64,000 nucleotides of DNA from assembly GCA_963708395.1 (NCBI GenBank), contig CAVPSG010000001.1, positions 271,434 through 335,433 of the forward strand, read 5' to 3'. A program made the position numbers and the translations under genes. This document shows, piece by piece, positions 53,959 to 64,000 of the stretch. The notes below the pieces were generated by a model. That model was not told where the DNA came from. It did no database searches and saw nothing but the letters and a program-made list of their open reading frames with translations. The first letter of the stretch is position 1, and every line of letters starts with the position of its first letter. The stretch is from an uncultured Acidobacteriota bacterium (GTDB lineage Bacteria; Acidobacteriota; Thermoanaerobaculia; UBA5066; Gp7-AA6).

Positions 53959-54450
53959 TCAGATCGACTCGTCCGCGGTCGGGCCGTACACGGCGGGCAG
54001 CGGGACGTCGTTCAACCTCAGATAAACGGTCAGCTGACCGCGGTGGTGAATCAGGTGATTGAGCAGGAGCCGGCGTACGGCCGCCTTCCGCGGAAGCTGG
54101 AAGAAGAGCGCGCCGTCGGGGCGGAGCACCTGGAACTCCTCCGCCATGTCGTCGTCGGACCCCTCGGCGATCGCCGCGCGGCTCTCCGCGACGTTCTGGT
54201 CGAAGCGCGCGAGGAGCTGCTCGGTCGTCCGCAGCGAAGGGGGCTTCTCGCTGCCGACTTGAAAGCTCGGAGCGGCCAGGCGGATTCCCCAGCGGGTGGT
54301 CTCGGCGACGTGCGTCGCGAGCTCGCCGAGGCTTCGCGACTTCGGGTGCGGTTTCCAGTCGAGGCGGTCCATCGGAACGCGCTCGAGGACGCGGCGCGTG
54401 GAAGCCATCTCCGCGTCGAGCTCGGGGAGAAACTTTTCAGCGATACTCAC
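53959..54450 (-). CDS. DinB-family (DinB_2-like) protein
   Basis: Frame of ORF 53959..54873. GTG 54450 (VSIAEKFLPELDAEMASTRRVLERVPMDRLDWKPHPKSRSLGELATHV..NHLIHHRGQL). Confidence 0.7.
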   Translation of the reverse strand: MSIAEKFLPELDAEMASTRRVLERVPMDRLDWKPHPKSRSLGELATHVAETTRWGIRLAAPSFQVGSEKPPSLRTTEQLLARFDQNVAESRAAIAEGSDDDMAEEFQVLRPDGALFFQLPRKAAVRRLLLNHLIHHRGQLTVYLRLNDVPLPAVYGPTADESI

Positions 54451-54479
54451 GCGCTCACGCGGCGAAACGAACCGCCAGC

Positions 54480-56399
<1,920 letters not shown>

Positions 56400-56471
56400 C
56401 GGGTCTTCTCCTAAGGCTCTTCCTCAGGCTCTCCGAGCCAGGACATGAGCATAACGGAGAAGCGTCGGAAT

Positions 56472-56990
56472 TTATTGCCCGGACGCGATTTCGGCCACGT
56501 AGGGAAGGTTGCCGTAGAGGCCCTTGTACTCCATGCCATAGCCGACGAACGTGCCTCCCTCGGAGGTGAAGAGGGGGTAGTCCACGGTCAGGTCGGTCCG
56601 GCGCTCGTGGGGCTTGTCGACGATGGCGGCGATCCGAACGCTCTCGACGCCGCTCCCGCGGAGCTGGTCGGAGAGGTAGGTCTCGATGACGCCCGTGTTG
56701 ACGACGTCTTTCAGGAGCACGACGGACTTGCCCGCGAGGTCGAATCTCGTGGCGAAATCGATCTGGAGGATCTCGTCGCCTTCGGCGCGCCGGACGCTGA
56801 TGTACTCGAGCGCGGCGGGCGTGCGCACCTGGCGAGCGAGATCCGCGGTGAAGAGCGCGGCGCCCTTCAGGATCGAGAGGAGGACGACGGGCCGTCCCTG
56901 AAAATCCTCGTCGAGTTTCCGCGCAACTTCCGCGACGCGCGCGGCGATCCGCTCGGCCTCGAAACGTCTCTCAAAGCTCGGCGCGTCCAT
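56472..56990 (-). CDS. hpt: Hypoxanthine phosphoribosyltransferase
   Basis: 172-aa ORF. PRPP motif VVLLKDVVNTGV. YGMEYKGLYGNLPYV. Confidence 0.9.
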   Translation of the reverse strand: MDAPSFERRFEAERIAARVAEVARKLDEDFQGRPVVLLSILKGAALFTADLARQVRTPAALEYISVRRAEGDEILQIDFATRFDLAGKSVVLLKDVVNTGVIETYLSDQLRGSGVESVRIAAIVDKPHERRTDLTVDYPLFTSEGGTFVGYGMEYKGLYGNLPYVAEIASGQ

Positions 56991-57020
56991 TCGTCTTGTG
57001 CAGGTCTGCTTGCCGAAATC

Positions 57021-58026
57021 CTACACCCGGCGAGCCGCGGCGAGTGAGACGGCCGGGCTGCGCGCCACGCGGAGCAGTCCCGCCCGGCGTTCGACCCGGA
57101 CGCGGCGGCCGGCCTCGAAACGGAAGTCCCGTCCGGCGGCCAACCGGTCGAGGATGGCCTCGCGCTCCCGTCCGGTGAAGGATGGATGTCCGGGTCGGGC
57201 GAACGGCGCCGCCGCTTCCGAGATCGCGCGCCGCGCCAGGTCGCGCGGACAGGCGGCCAGGAAGACGGCATCGGCAAGCGTCGCGCCGGGGCCGAAGTGC
57301 AGGCGCGGTCGCACCCGCCGTTCGAATTCCTCGTCGAGGCGCTTGCGGGCGGCGGCGTGTTCCGTGGCGGAGGCCGCGAGCCGCACGCGCCGCTCCTGGG
57401 GAGCGGCGGCGATCTCGCGCCGGACGCGGTTGCGGGCGAAACGCAGGTCGCCGTTCGAGGCGTCCCGCCGAAAGCCGACGCCGCGCGACGGCGAGGAACT
57501 CGAGAATCTCCTCCCGCGAAACGGCGAGCAGCGGCCGGACGATGCCGTCCGCGCGCTTCTCGCGCGGGCCGGCGAGGCGCGCGGTTCCACCGCGTCTCTC
57601 CCGGGCCATCCGGTGCGACTCGGCGACGTCGTCGTTCTGGTGGGCCGTCGCGACGAGCGACGCTCCGGCCTCCCGCGCCATGTCGAGGAGCGCCTCGTAG
57701 CGCACGTGGCGGGCCGCCGCCTCGATCGAAAGGCGCAGCCGCCGCGCGGCGCCCCGGGCGTCGACGCGGCGCTCGAGGAAGAGGAGGCCGAGCCGGCGGG
57801 CATGCTCCGCGACGAAGGAGCGGTCGCGGTCGGCCTCGCGGGCGCGGAGGCCGTGGTGGACGTGCCCGACCGTCAGCCGCCAGCCGGTCTCCGGCACCAT
57901 CTCGGCCGAGGCGACGAGGAGCGCCATCGAGTCGGCGCCGCCCGAGACGGCGAGGAGGACCGAAGAGCCCGGCGGCATCAGAGCCTGCTCGGAGGCCTCC
58001 GCGAGCGCGCGACTTACGGGACCCAT
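57021..58026 (-). CDS. tilS: tRNA(Ile)-lysidine synthase TilS (1 frameshift near 57485-57495)
   Basis: ORF 56971..58068 N-part (LLAVSGGADSMAL PP-loop, TAHQNDDVAES) continues in ORF 57021..57803 (GFRRDASNGDLRFARNRVRREI..). Confidence 0.85.
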
Positions 58027-58120
58027 CGACTTTATGGTAGTCCGTATCGGCCGCCGGAGTCCTGTCATCCGGTTATCCGGTCGTCGGGAGCGCCGGACCG
58101 GTAGAAAACCAGAAGACCAA

Positions 58121-59737
58121 ATGACTTCTCAGACACTCGGGCGCAAGGCCAGGGTCCTCTTCGCGTTCGCGCTCGGGATTCCCCTCGTCCTTTACGTCGC
58201 TCTGGCGAGCCGGCTGATCGGCGCGCGCGTCGGCTATCAGTATGACGAGGCGCTCTACGTGGAATCGGCGGTCTTTCTCCTCCACGGTGTCGGCGCGCCG
58301 CCGACCGCGAGCGACAGGGATCGGTGGTTGACGACCCACGGCCGGCGGTGGCCGCTCATGATCATTCCCTATGTCGGCACGACGAAGTCCCTCGTGGCGC
58401 TGCCTCTTTTCGCCGCGCTCGGAATCACGCCCGCCACGGCCCGGTATTCGGGCGTCGTGCTGGGGTGCGTCGGAATCGCGGGCCTCGTCACGCTGATCGC
58501 CACGGAGGTCGGCCCCGCCGCCGGGCTGATTGCCGGAGTGCTCGTCGCGATTCACCCGTCCTATCTCGACCTCACGGTATTCGACAACGGCGGAGTCTCC
58601 GTCTGGATGGCCTCCATGGGACTTGTCGCGTCGGCGCTGACGAACCACCTCCGTCGCCAAACGAAGCTTTCGGCCTTTCTGCTGGGAGTCGCCGGAGGGC
58701 TCGGGGTCTGGGCTCGGGTCAACGTGCTGTGGCTTCTCGCGTCCGTAGGCGTGGCGGTGCTCTTCGTCTACGGCCGGCGGGCAGTCCCGCGGCGGGATCG
58801 CGGGTGGGCCATGGGCGTTGGGGGGGCGTGCGGGGCTCTTCCGCTCATCCTGTATGAGATCGGCTCGCGGATGGCGACCGTCCAGTACATCGCGAATGCG
58901 CGCCGGCCGCTGCCGGCGAGCCGATTTGCCGAGCGATTGCGCGAGCTCGCGGAGGTCATGATCGCCGACGGCGAGCAGCGGGTCATCTGGGCCGGGCCGC
59001 CGATGCCGTCGTGGCAGGTCGGGCTCGGGTTCGCTCTCCTGGTCGCTGTCCTTTTTTGCGTGTTCCTCCCGATCCGGGCACGATTCGGAGATCTCGCGCT
59101 CGCGACGCGCCTTCGCCCTGACGGCAGTTCTCCTGACGGGGATCATGGCGACGTCGAGCCTCGGCATCGCGTCGCATCACCTCGTGGCCGTGCTTCCGCT
59201 CGCCGTCGCCGCGCTGGCGATCCTCGGGGTCGAGATCTTCTCCGGTTTCCGATCTCGCCGGGCCCTTGCTCGGGGTGGCGGCAGCCGGGTTCGCCGTGCT
59301 GCTGATCGGATGGGACGTCAGAATCGATCGCGGGCTCCGTCAAACCGGGGGCAAGCGGTTCTGGTCGAGCGCGGTCGACGACGTCGGCCAGTACCTGCGC
59401 TCACACCCGGTGCCGTCGGATCGTCTGAAGATCCTCAACTGGGGATTCCAGAAGAACCTCTACGTCGGTTCGGGCGGCGCGGTGTATGGAACCGAGCTCT
59501 TCTGGGGAGCGACCTCGACTCGCTCCTCGCGCCAGACTCTCCTGGCCCGCCGAGATCGCCGACGGAGGAGCGTTTCTTCTCTTCCTCGTCCCGACGGGCT
59601 CTCCGAGCCTCGACGCGGGGGCGGAGGGCTTCTCGAAGGCTCTCGAGGAGTACCGCGGCCCGCGGCGAGAGCGGCGCTTCTTCGATCGGTCGGGGTCCGC
59701 CGTGGCGCGTCTCGTCGAGATCCCGGCCGCGCGCTGA
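58121..59737 (+). pseudogene. GT-C-fold membrane glycosyltransferase (ArnT/PMT-like), at least 3 frameshifts
   Basis: ATG 58121 (MTSQTLGRKARVLFAF..YQYDEALYVESA) with many TM segments. It continues through ORFs 59145..59924, 59266..59859 and 59486..59737 (breaks near 59100, 59255 and 59520). Confidence 0.55.
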
Positions 59738-59797
59738 GCCGCTGCCCGTCCGGGGAGGTCGCGCGCGACACGATCGTGACGCTTCTGACTCGAGCGA

Positions 59798-62008
59798 CTA
59801 CTCGACGCGCACCTCGAGCTCCGCCGTCTCCATTGGAGGCAGGGTCACCGTCGAGATGAAGCCGTACGGGAGACCTTCCGAGATCGTCGCCTCCGAGGAG
59901 GAGTCCTGCAGAAAGACGTCGTAGTTGCCGGGAGGCAGCGCGACGATCGCGAGCCGGCCGGAGCCGTCGGTGCCATCCGGCATTCCCAGGAAGGTCAGAT
60001 GCGATTTCAGTATCGCGCGCGGGATGACCATTCCGTTCCACCGAAGGAGCACATGCTCGTCCTGGACCGGCGTTCCGTCCGATTTCTTCATCGTGGCCTC
60101 GAGGCCCGAGGAAACCGGAGCGCACACGAGCCGCACATCGGTCGAGTCGTTTGCGATATCCGCGGCCTGGAGCGGGCAACCGGCCCCCGTCACGAAGACG
60201 CGTGTCGATCCGCCGGGCGCCCGGGCCACGGAAAAGTGGCCGTCCGGTTCCGTCAGTACGCTTCCGGCGTCGATCGGCGCCCTGTTCGGCGTGGCGTCGT
60301 AGGTCGCGACATCGATGCCCGAGGCGCCCGAGCCATCGGGCCACAGGACGTGACCTTCGATCGTGTCGAGCTTCGTCACCACGAGCCTCTGAGTCGGTAT
60401 CGTTTGATCTGGCGAGACGTTGAGCTCGACTTCATCCGAGTTCTTGTACCCGTCCTTTCCGGCGATGAGTTTCACTGGGCCGCCGCCTTCGAGAGGAAAG
60501 GAGTACTGACCGGCTTCGTCGGCGTAGCCCCATCGGTTGTCCCAGCCGCCCGGGATCCGAACGCTCGCGTTGACCCATGCATTTGGAACAGGCGTGTCTC
60601 GCTGGTCGACGACGACAGCCGACAAGTCACCTTCGTTCAACTGGAGGTCGACGATCGCCCCGTCGTCCCCGACCTCGACGGTTCGCGTTCCGGCCACCAC
60701 GACGGCTTTGGTCGTCACCGTGAACGTGTATTTTCCACTCCTCCACACGGCTCCGTGAAAGCGGCCCTCCTCGTCGGTCTCCATCTTCAGCGGCTCCGGC
60801 GGGGCGCTCCTCGGGGCCGGGAACGCCGGGAAGTCCGCGTCGTTCGTCGCAAAGACGAGCATGCCCGGCTCCGGCTTCTCTCCGCGCCGCACGGTCCCCG
60901 ACACGGAATATCGTCGGAGCCTCACTTCCAGGTCGACTGTGCCGTCTTCCGGCAACATGACCAGCTGGTCGTCGGAGTTGTGCGAGTCCCTGGGAATCAC
61001 CCGGAACACGTAGTCTCCGTGCCGAAGTCGTGGCGTCTCGCAGGTCCCACTGACCGACACCGGAGATTCCGCGAGCACATCGGCGGTCGGCAGGCGGCTC
61101 CCGGAGTCTTGCTTCCGCTGTGTCGAGGCGAGCTGGCATGCCGCTCCCGCCGCCGCCTTGCCGTCCAGAGTGACCAGTGCCTTCACGTTCCCTCCGCGCT
61201 CCAGAACGACCTCGCGGAAGGTGAAGGTTCCGCGCGCCGCGGTGAGCCCTGGAGCGGACTCTGCGAGATAGCCGGCCGCGGAAAGGGAAAGCGTTGCAAA
61301 GGGTTCGACCACGCCGGAGACCGTCCCGAGGCCGTCGAGGTCGCTCGTCGACTTCGAGATCTCCTTCTCCTTCCCGGGAGCCGCGGCGGAGAGCAGAATC
61401 GCCTCCGCTCGCGCGACGGGAGCCCGACCGGCCCCGACGCTCCGAAACAGCAACGACCATCCCGGGCGCCGGTGGTAGACGATGCCGTATTGCGCGCCCG
61501 GCTTGACCGTGAGCAGCTGCAGGTCGGGCGCGCTGCGTCCCTCCGAGAGCGCGAGGACGAATCTTTGCGCGGGAATCCGGAGGCCGGCCGCTTCGATGTG
61601 CTCGAAGCGGAAGGCCGGCTTCCGAAACGTCGTGTCGTCGCCGGCGTAGAGAGAAAGCGCGACCGGATCGGTCGGAAGCCCCTGGATCGTGAGGAGCCCC
61701 TTTCTCGGGATTCGTACCGACAGCTCGAAGGGCCCGGGGCCGGCAAGTTCACTCCGGTTCAAGTTGATGGGCCCGTGCGCCGGGCCTTCGGCCGTCAAAC
61801 TCTCGAACTTCTGCATCGAAGGCGGGACCTCGTAAGGAGACCGCTCGAGGCAGGACGTTTCGAGGCCCCGGTAGAGACAGACCTTCACCGGCTCGGTGAT
61901 CGGCTTGCCGCGGTCATCGAGAAGGCGCAGGCGGAGCGGTGCCGCCTGCGATGCCGGCGCGAGCAGGAGGAGCGCGGCCAGGAGAGGGACCATCCGCGAA
62001 GAAATCAT
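59798..62008 (-). CDS. Large secreted protein with repeated carboxypeptidase-regulatory-like / Ig-like beta-sandwich modules
   Basis: Only the 3' 736 codons of the 1361-aa ORF 59798..63883 are real. ATG 62008 gives the signal peptide MISSRMVPLLAALLLLAPASQA. Repeated motifs such as SGTVRRGEKPEPG and IEGHVLWPDGSGASG. Confidence 0.65.
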   Translation of the reverse strand: MISSRMVPLLAALLLLAPASQAAPLRLRLLDDRGKPITEPVKVCLYRGLETSCLERSPYEVPPSMQKFESLTAEGPAHGPINLNRSELAGPGPFELSVRIPRKGLLTIQGLPTDPVALSLYAGDDTTFRKPAFRFEHIEAAGLRIPAQRFVLALSEGRSAPDLQLLTVKPGAQYGIVYHRRPGWSLLFRSVGAGRAPVARAEAILLSAAAPGKEKEISKSTSDLDGLGTVSGVVEPFATLSLSAAGYLAESAPGLTAARGTFTFREVVLERGGNVKALVTLDGKAAAGAACQLASTQRKQDSGSRLPTADVLAESPVSVSGTCETPRLRHGDYVFRVIPRDSHNSDDQLVMLPEDGTVDLEVRLRRYSVSGTVRRGEKPEPGMLVFATNDADFPAFPAPRSAPPEPLKMETDEEGRFHGAVWRSGKYTFTVTTKAVVVAGTRTVEVGDDGAIVDLQLNEGDLSAVVVDQRDTPVPNAWVNASVRIPGGWDNRWGYADEAGQYSFPLEGGGPVKLIAGKDGYKNSDEVELNVSPDQTIPTQRLVVTKLDTIEGHVLWPDGSGASGIDVATYDATPNRAPIDAGSVLTEPDGHFSVARAPGGSTRVFVTGAGCPLQAADIANDSTDVRLVCAPVSSGLEATMKKSDGTPVQDEHVLLRWNGMVIPRAILKSHLTFLGMPDGTDGSGRLAIVALPPGNYDVFLQDSSSEATISEGLPYGFISTVTLPPMETAELEVRVE

Positions 62009-62023
62009 AGTCCTTGGATCGGC

Positions 62024-62100
62024 TGGTGGCGGTGGAGGGATTTGAACCCCCGACACAGCGGATATGAGCCGCTTGCTCTGACCAACTGAGCTACACCGCC
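62024..62100 (-). tRNA. tRNA with CAU anticodon (elongator Met, or Ile2 if lysidine-modified)
   Basis: GGCGGTG-TA-GCTCAGTTGGTCAGAGC-A-AGCGG CTCATAT CCGCT-GTGTC-GGGGG TTCAAAT CCCTC-CACCGCC-A-CCA. 77 nt. Not initiator-like (G1-C72 pair, no GGG/CCC in the anticodon stem). Confidence 0.92.
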
Positions 62101-62146
62101 GCTTTGCGCTCGAAGAGCGCGGATTATAGAGCCTATACTGTCTCTT

Positions 62147-62350
62147 GTGACGGGCTCCGGAGACCGTTGCGCCATCTGCGGGAACGACCTCGGGTACACC
62201 CTTCCCTTGTGCCGCTTCTGCCGTAAGTCCGTGTGCAACGACTGCACGGTCCGGACCGGGGGAAGCATCTTCTGCAGCCGCGACTGCGCCCACAACTTCC
62301 TCTTCGGCGGAGACGACGACGTGGACGAGCGGGGCGGCGCGGAGGAATGA
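62147..62350 (+). CDS. Small Cys-rich zinc-finger protein (67 aa)
   Basis: GTG start, high GC3. CxxC at C8/C11, C22/C25 and C30/C33, plus C44..C48xH. Acidic tail. Its TGA overlaps the ClC ATG (ATGA). Confidence 0.55.
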   Translation: MTGSGDRCAICGNDLGYTLPLCRFCRKSVCNDCTVRTGGSIFCSRDCAHNFLFGGDDDVDERGGAEE

Positions 62351-64000
62351 GCGAAGGGGAGGCGCCGTCCGCCGCGCCGAAGCGCCCGCGCTTCGCGCTT
62401 CGCGCTCCCGCAATTCGGCCAGTTCTTCTGGCGGGACCCCAACACCCAGTTCCTTTTCCTCTCGGCGGTGGCCGGCGCGCTCGGCGCGCTCGGGGCGATC
62501 GTCTTCCGCGCGCTGACGACGCGGTTCACGGAGTGGCTGCTCGACGCGAGGGACGTCGTCGCCGGAGCCGAATCGCTTCCCGTGCTCCTGCGGATCTTCC
62601 TGCCGGCGGCGGGCGGCCTGCTCGGCGGCCTCATCGTGTCGTACGTCTATCGGGAGGCGGGCGGCACGCACGGGATTTCGCAGATGATCGAGGTCGTCAC
62701 GCTCGGACGCAGCCGCGTCCGACTGCGCGAGTCGCTCGGCCGCGCCGCGGCGTCGATCGCCGTCATCTCCTCCGGCGGATCGGAAGGGCGCGAGGGGCCG
62801 ATCATCCAGGTCGGCGCCGCCCTCGCGTCGACGGTCGGCCGGCGATGGAACGTCTCGCCCGAGCGCCTGCGGATTCTCACGGCCTGCGGCATGGCGGCGG
62901 GCGTCGCCGGCGCGTACAACACGCCGATCGCGGCGACGCTCTTCGTGCTGGAGGTCGTCGTCGGGACTTTCTCGATGGCTATCTTCGGGCCGGCCGTCGT
63001 CTCGGCCGTGACCTCGACGCTCCTCGTGCGGTTCTTCCTCGGGGACGAGCCCGTCTACCGCGTCGCGGCGTTCCGGCTCGAGTCGGTGGCGGAGTTCGTT
63101 CCTTTCGCCCTGATCGGTCTCCTCGCCGGCCCGGCGTCGGCGCTCTTCGTCCGGGGGCTGCGCGAGGGACGCCGTCTCTTCGCCGCGGCGAAGCTGCCGC
63201 CGCCGCTTTCGATGGCGCTCGGCGGCGCCATCGTGGGCATCATCGGGATCTTTCTGCCGGAGGTCTGGGGCAACGGCTTCGAGGGAACCAACCGCATCCT
63301 GCGCGGCAACCCGACGCTGCTCTTTCTTCTCGCGCTCTTCCTCGGAAAGATCGTCGCGACGGCCTCGACCATCGGCTCCGGCGGCGTCGGCGGCGTTTTC
63401 ACGCCGACCCTCCTCGTCGGGGCGACCGTCGGCGGCGTCGTGGCGCAGATCTGCCACATCGCGTTTCCGAATTTCGATGCTCCCGTCGGAGGCTACGCGC
63501 TTCTCGGCATGGGCGGACTCATGGCCGGCGTCACGCGCGCGCCGCTGCTCGCCGTCATCATGGTCTTCGAGCTGACGCAGAACAGCCAGGTGCTGCTCCC
63601 GATGATGGTCGTCTCGGTCGCGGCGATCCTCTCGGCGCGGTTCTTCGAGGAAGACTCGATCTACATCGCGAGCCTGCGCTCGGCCGGCATCGTCTGGGAG
63701 AAAACGCCGGAAGCGACGGCGATGTCGACGCTCAAGGTCGCCGACATCCTGCGCACCGACGTGAAGCTCCTGCCCGCCACGACGACCTTCTCGCAGATCG
63801 TGCGCACCTTTCTCGAGACCCGGAGCCTCTACCTCTACATCGGCGACGAGGCGGGCCGGCTTCTCGGCGTGATCGATCTTCATGACGTGAAGAGCCGTTT
63901 CGCCGACCCGTCCCTGTCGGACCTCGTGATCGCGGAGGACCTCGTCGCGGAGATCCCGTTCGCGACGCCGCTCGAGCCGCTGACGAGCGTCAACGAGAAG
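62347..64000 (+). CDS. ClC-family chloride channel/antiporter with a C-terminal CBS domain (3' end outside the window; N-terminal frameshift from a 7-bp tandem duplication)
   Basis: This frame is not in the ORF track because it has no stop within the window. GSEGREGP, GVAGAYNTPIAATLFVLE, GSGGVGGVFTPTL. CBS-like LKVADILRTDV. ATG 62347 enters this frame only if one GCTTCGC copy (62390-62403) is removed. Confidence 0.85.

Noticed and set aside
59798-63883. 1361-aa minus-strand ORF, the longest in the track.
   Set aside because: It is a composite. Only 59798-62008 encodes a plausible secreted protein. Upstream it reads through the tRNA-CAU gene and then runs antisense to the ClC channel gene.

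Overview
High-GC (roughly 68-70% by eye) bacterial chromosomal segment of Gram-negative type (Kdo hydroxylase, exosortase-like protein, beta-barrel and SLH envelope proteins). The gene content is reminiscent of Acidobacteriota-like genomes, but that is inference only; no search was possible. I can support about 53 protein-coding loci and 2 tRNAs (Thr-CGU, Met/Ile2-CAU). I saw no rRNA, CRISPR, transposase, integrase or phage genes. Layout: 1-2.6 kb is a heavily decayed sugar ABC-transporter operon. 2.7-17.5 kb holds intact metabolism, envelope and signalling genes: MFS, Ser/Thr kinase-USP, acs, EAL, S4, sulfatase, a PLC-like beta-barrel protein, and a DGQHR-lemA-htpX unit. 17.5-26.3 kb is the most unusual locus. 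It combines a HlyD adaptor, a sensor-less histidine kinase and a sigma54 response regulator. A good sigma54 promoter drives a small, very basic hexapeptide-repeat protein. Convergent with these lie STAS, a 3xGAF-HlyD fusion and a PqqD-like/M50-protease/HlyD fusion. 26.5-37.5 kb holds a giant kinase-ATPase-TPR protein, kdoO, an SLH protein, tRNA-Thr, smc and an FHA regulator. 37.6-41.5 kb is a KS/CLF/thioesterase/exosortase-like operon. 41.5-49 kb holds a dCMP deaminase, REC-PilZ, an M1 peptidase and ligA. 49.2-58.0 kb is one long minus-strand housekeeping operon: tilS-hpt-ftsH-dinB-folP-cdaA-cdaR-glmM-HAD. 58-64 kb holds a GT-C glycosyltransferase remnant, a large secreted repeat protein, tRNA-Met, and a Zn-finger gene coupled to a ClC channel that runs off the window. 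Two families of short intergenic repeats sit directly 3' of genes: 7-bp-periodic GGAC/GTCC inverted arrays, and a roughly 54-nt module abutting stop codons. The sequence as given carries at least 30 frameshifts, including in essential ligA and tilS. Much of the apparent pseudogenisation may therefore be sequence or assembly error. All functional calls rest on motifs read by eye from the ORF track.
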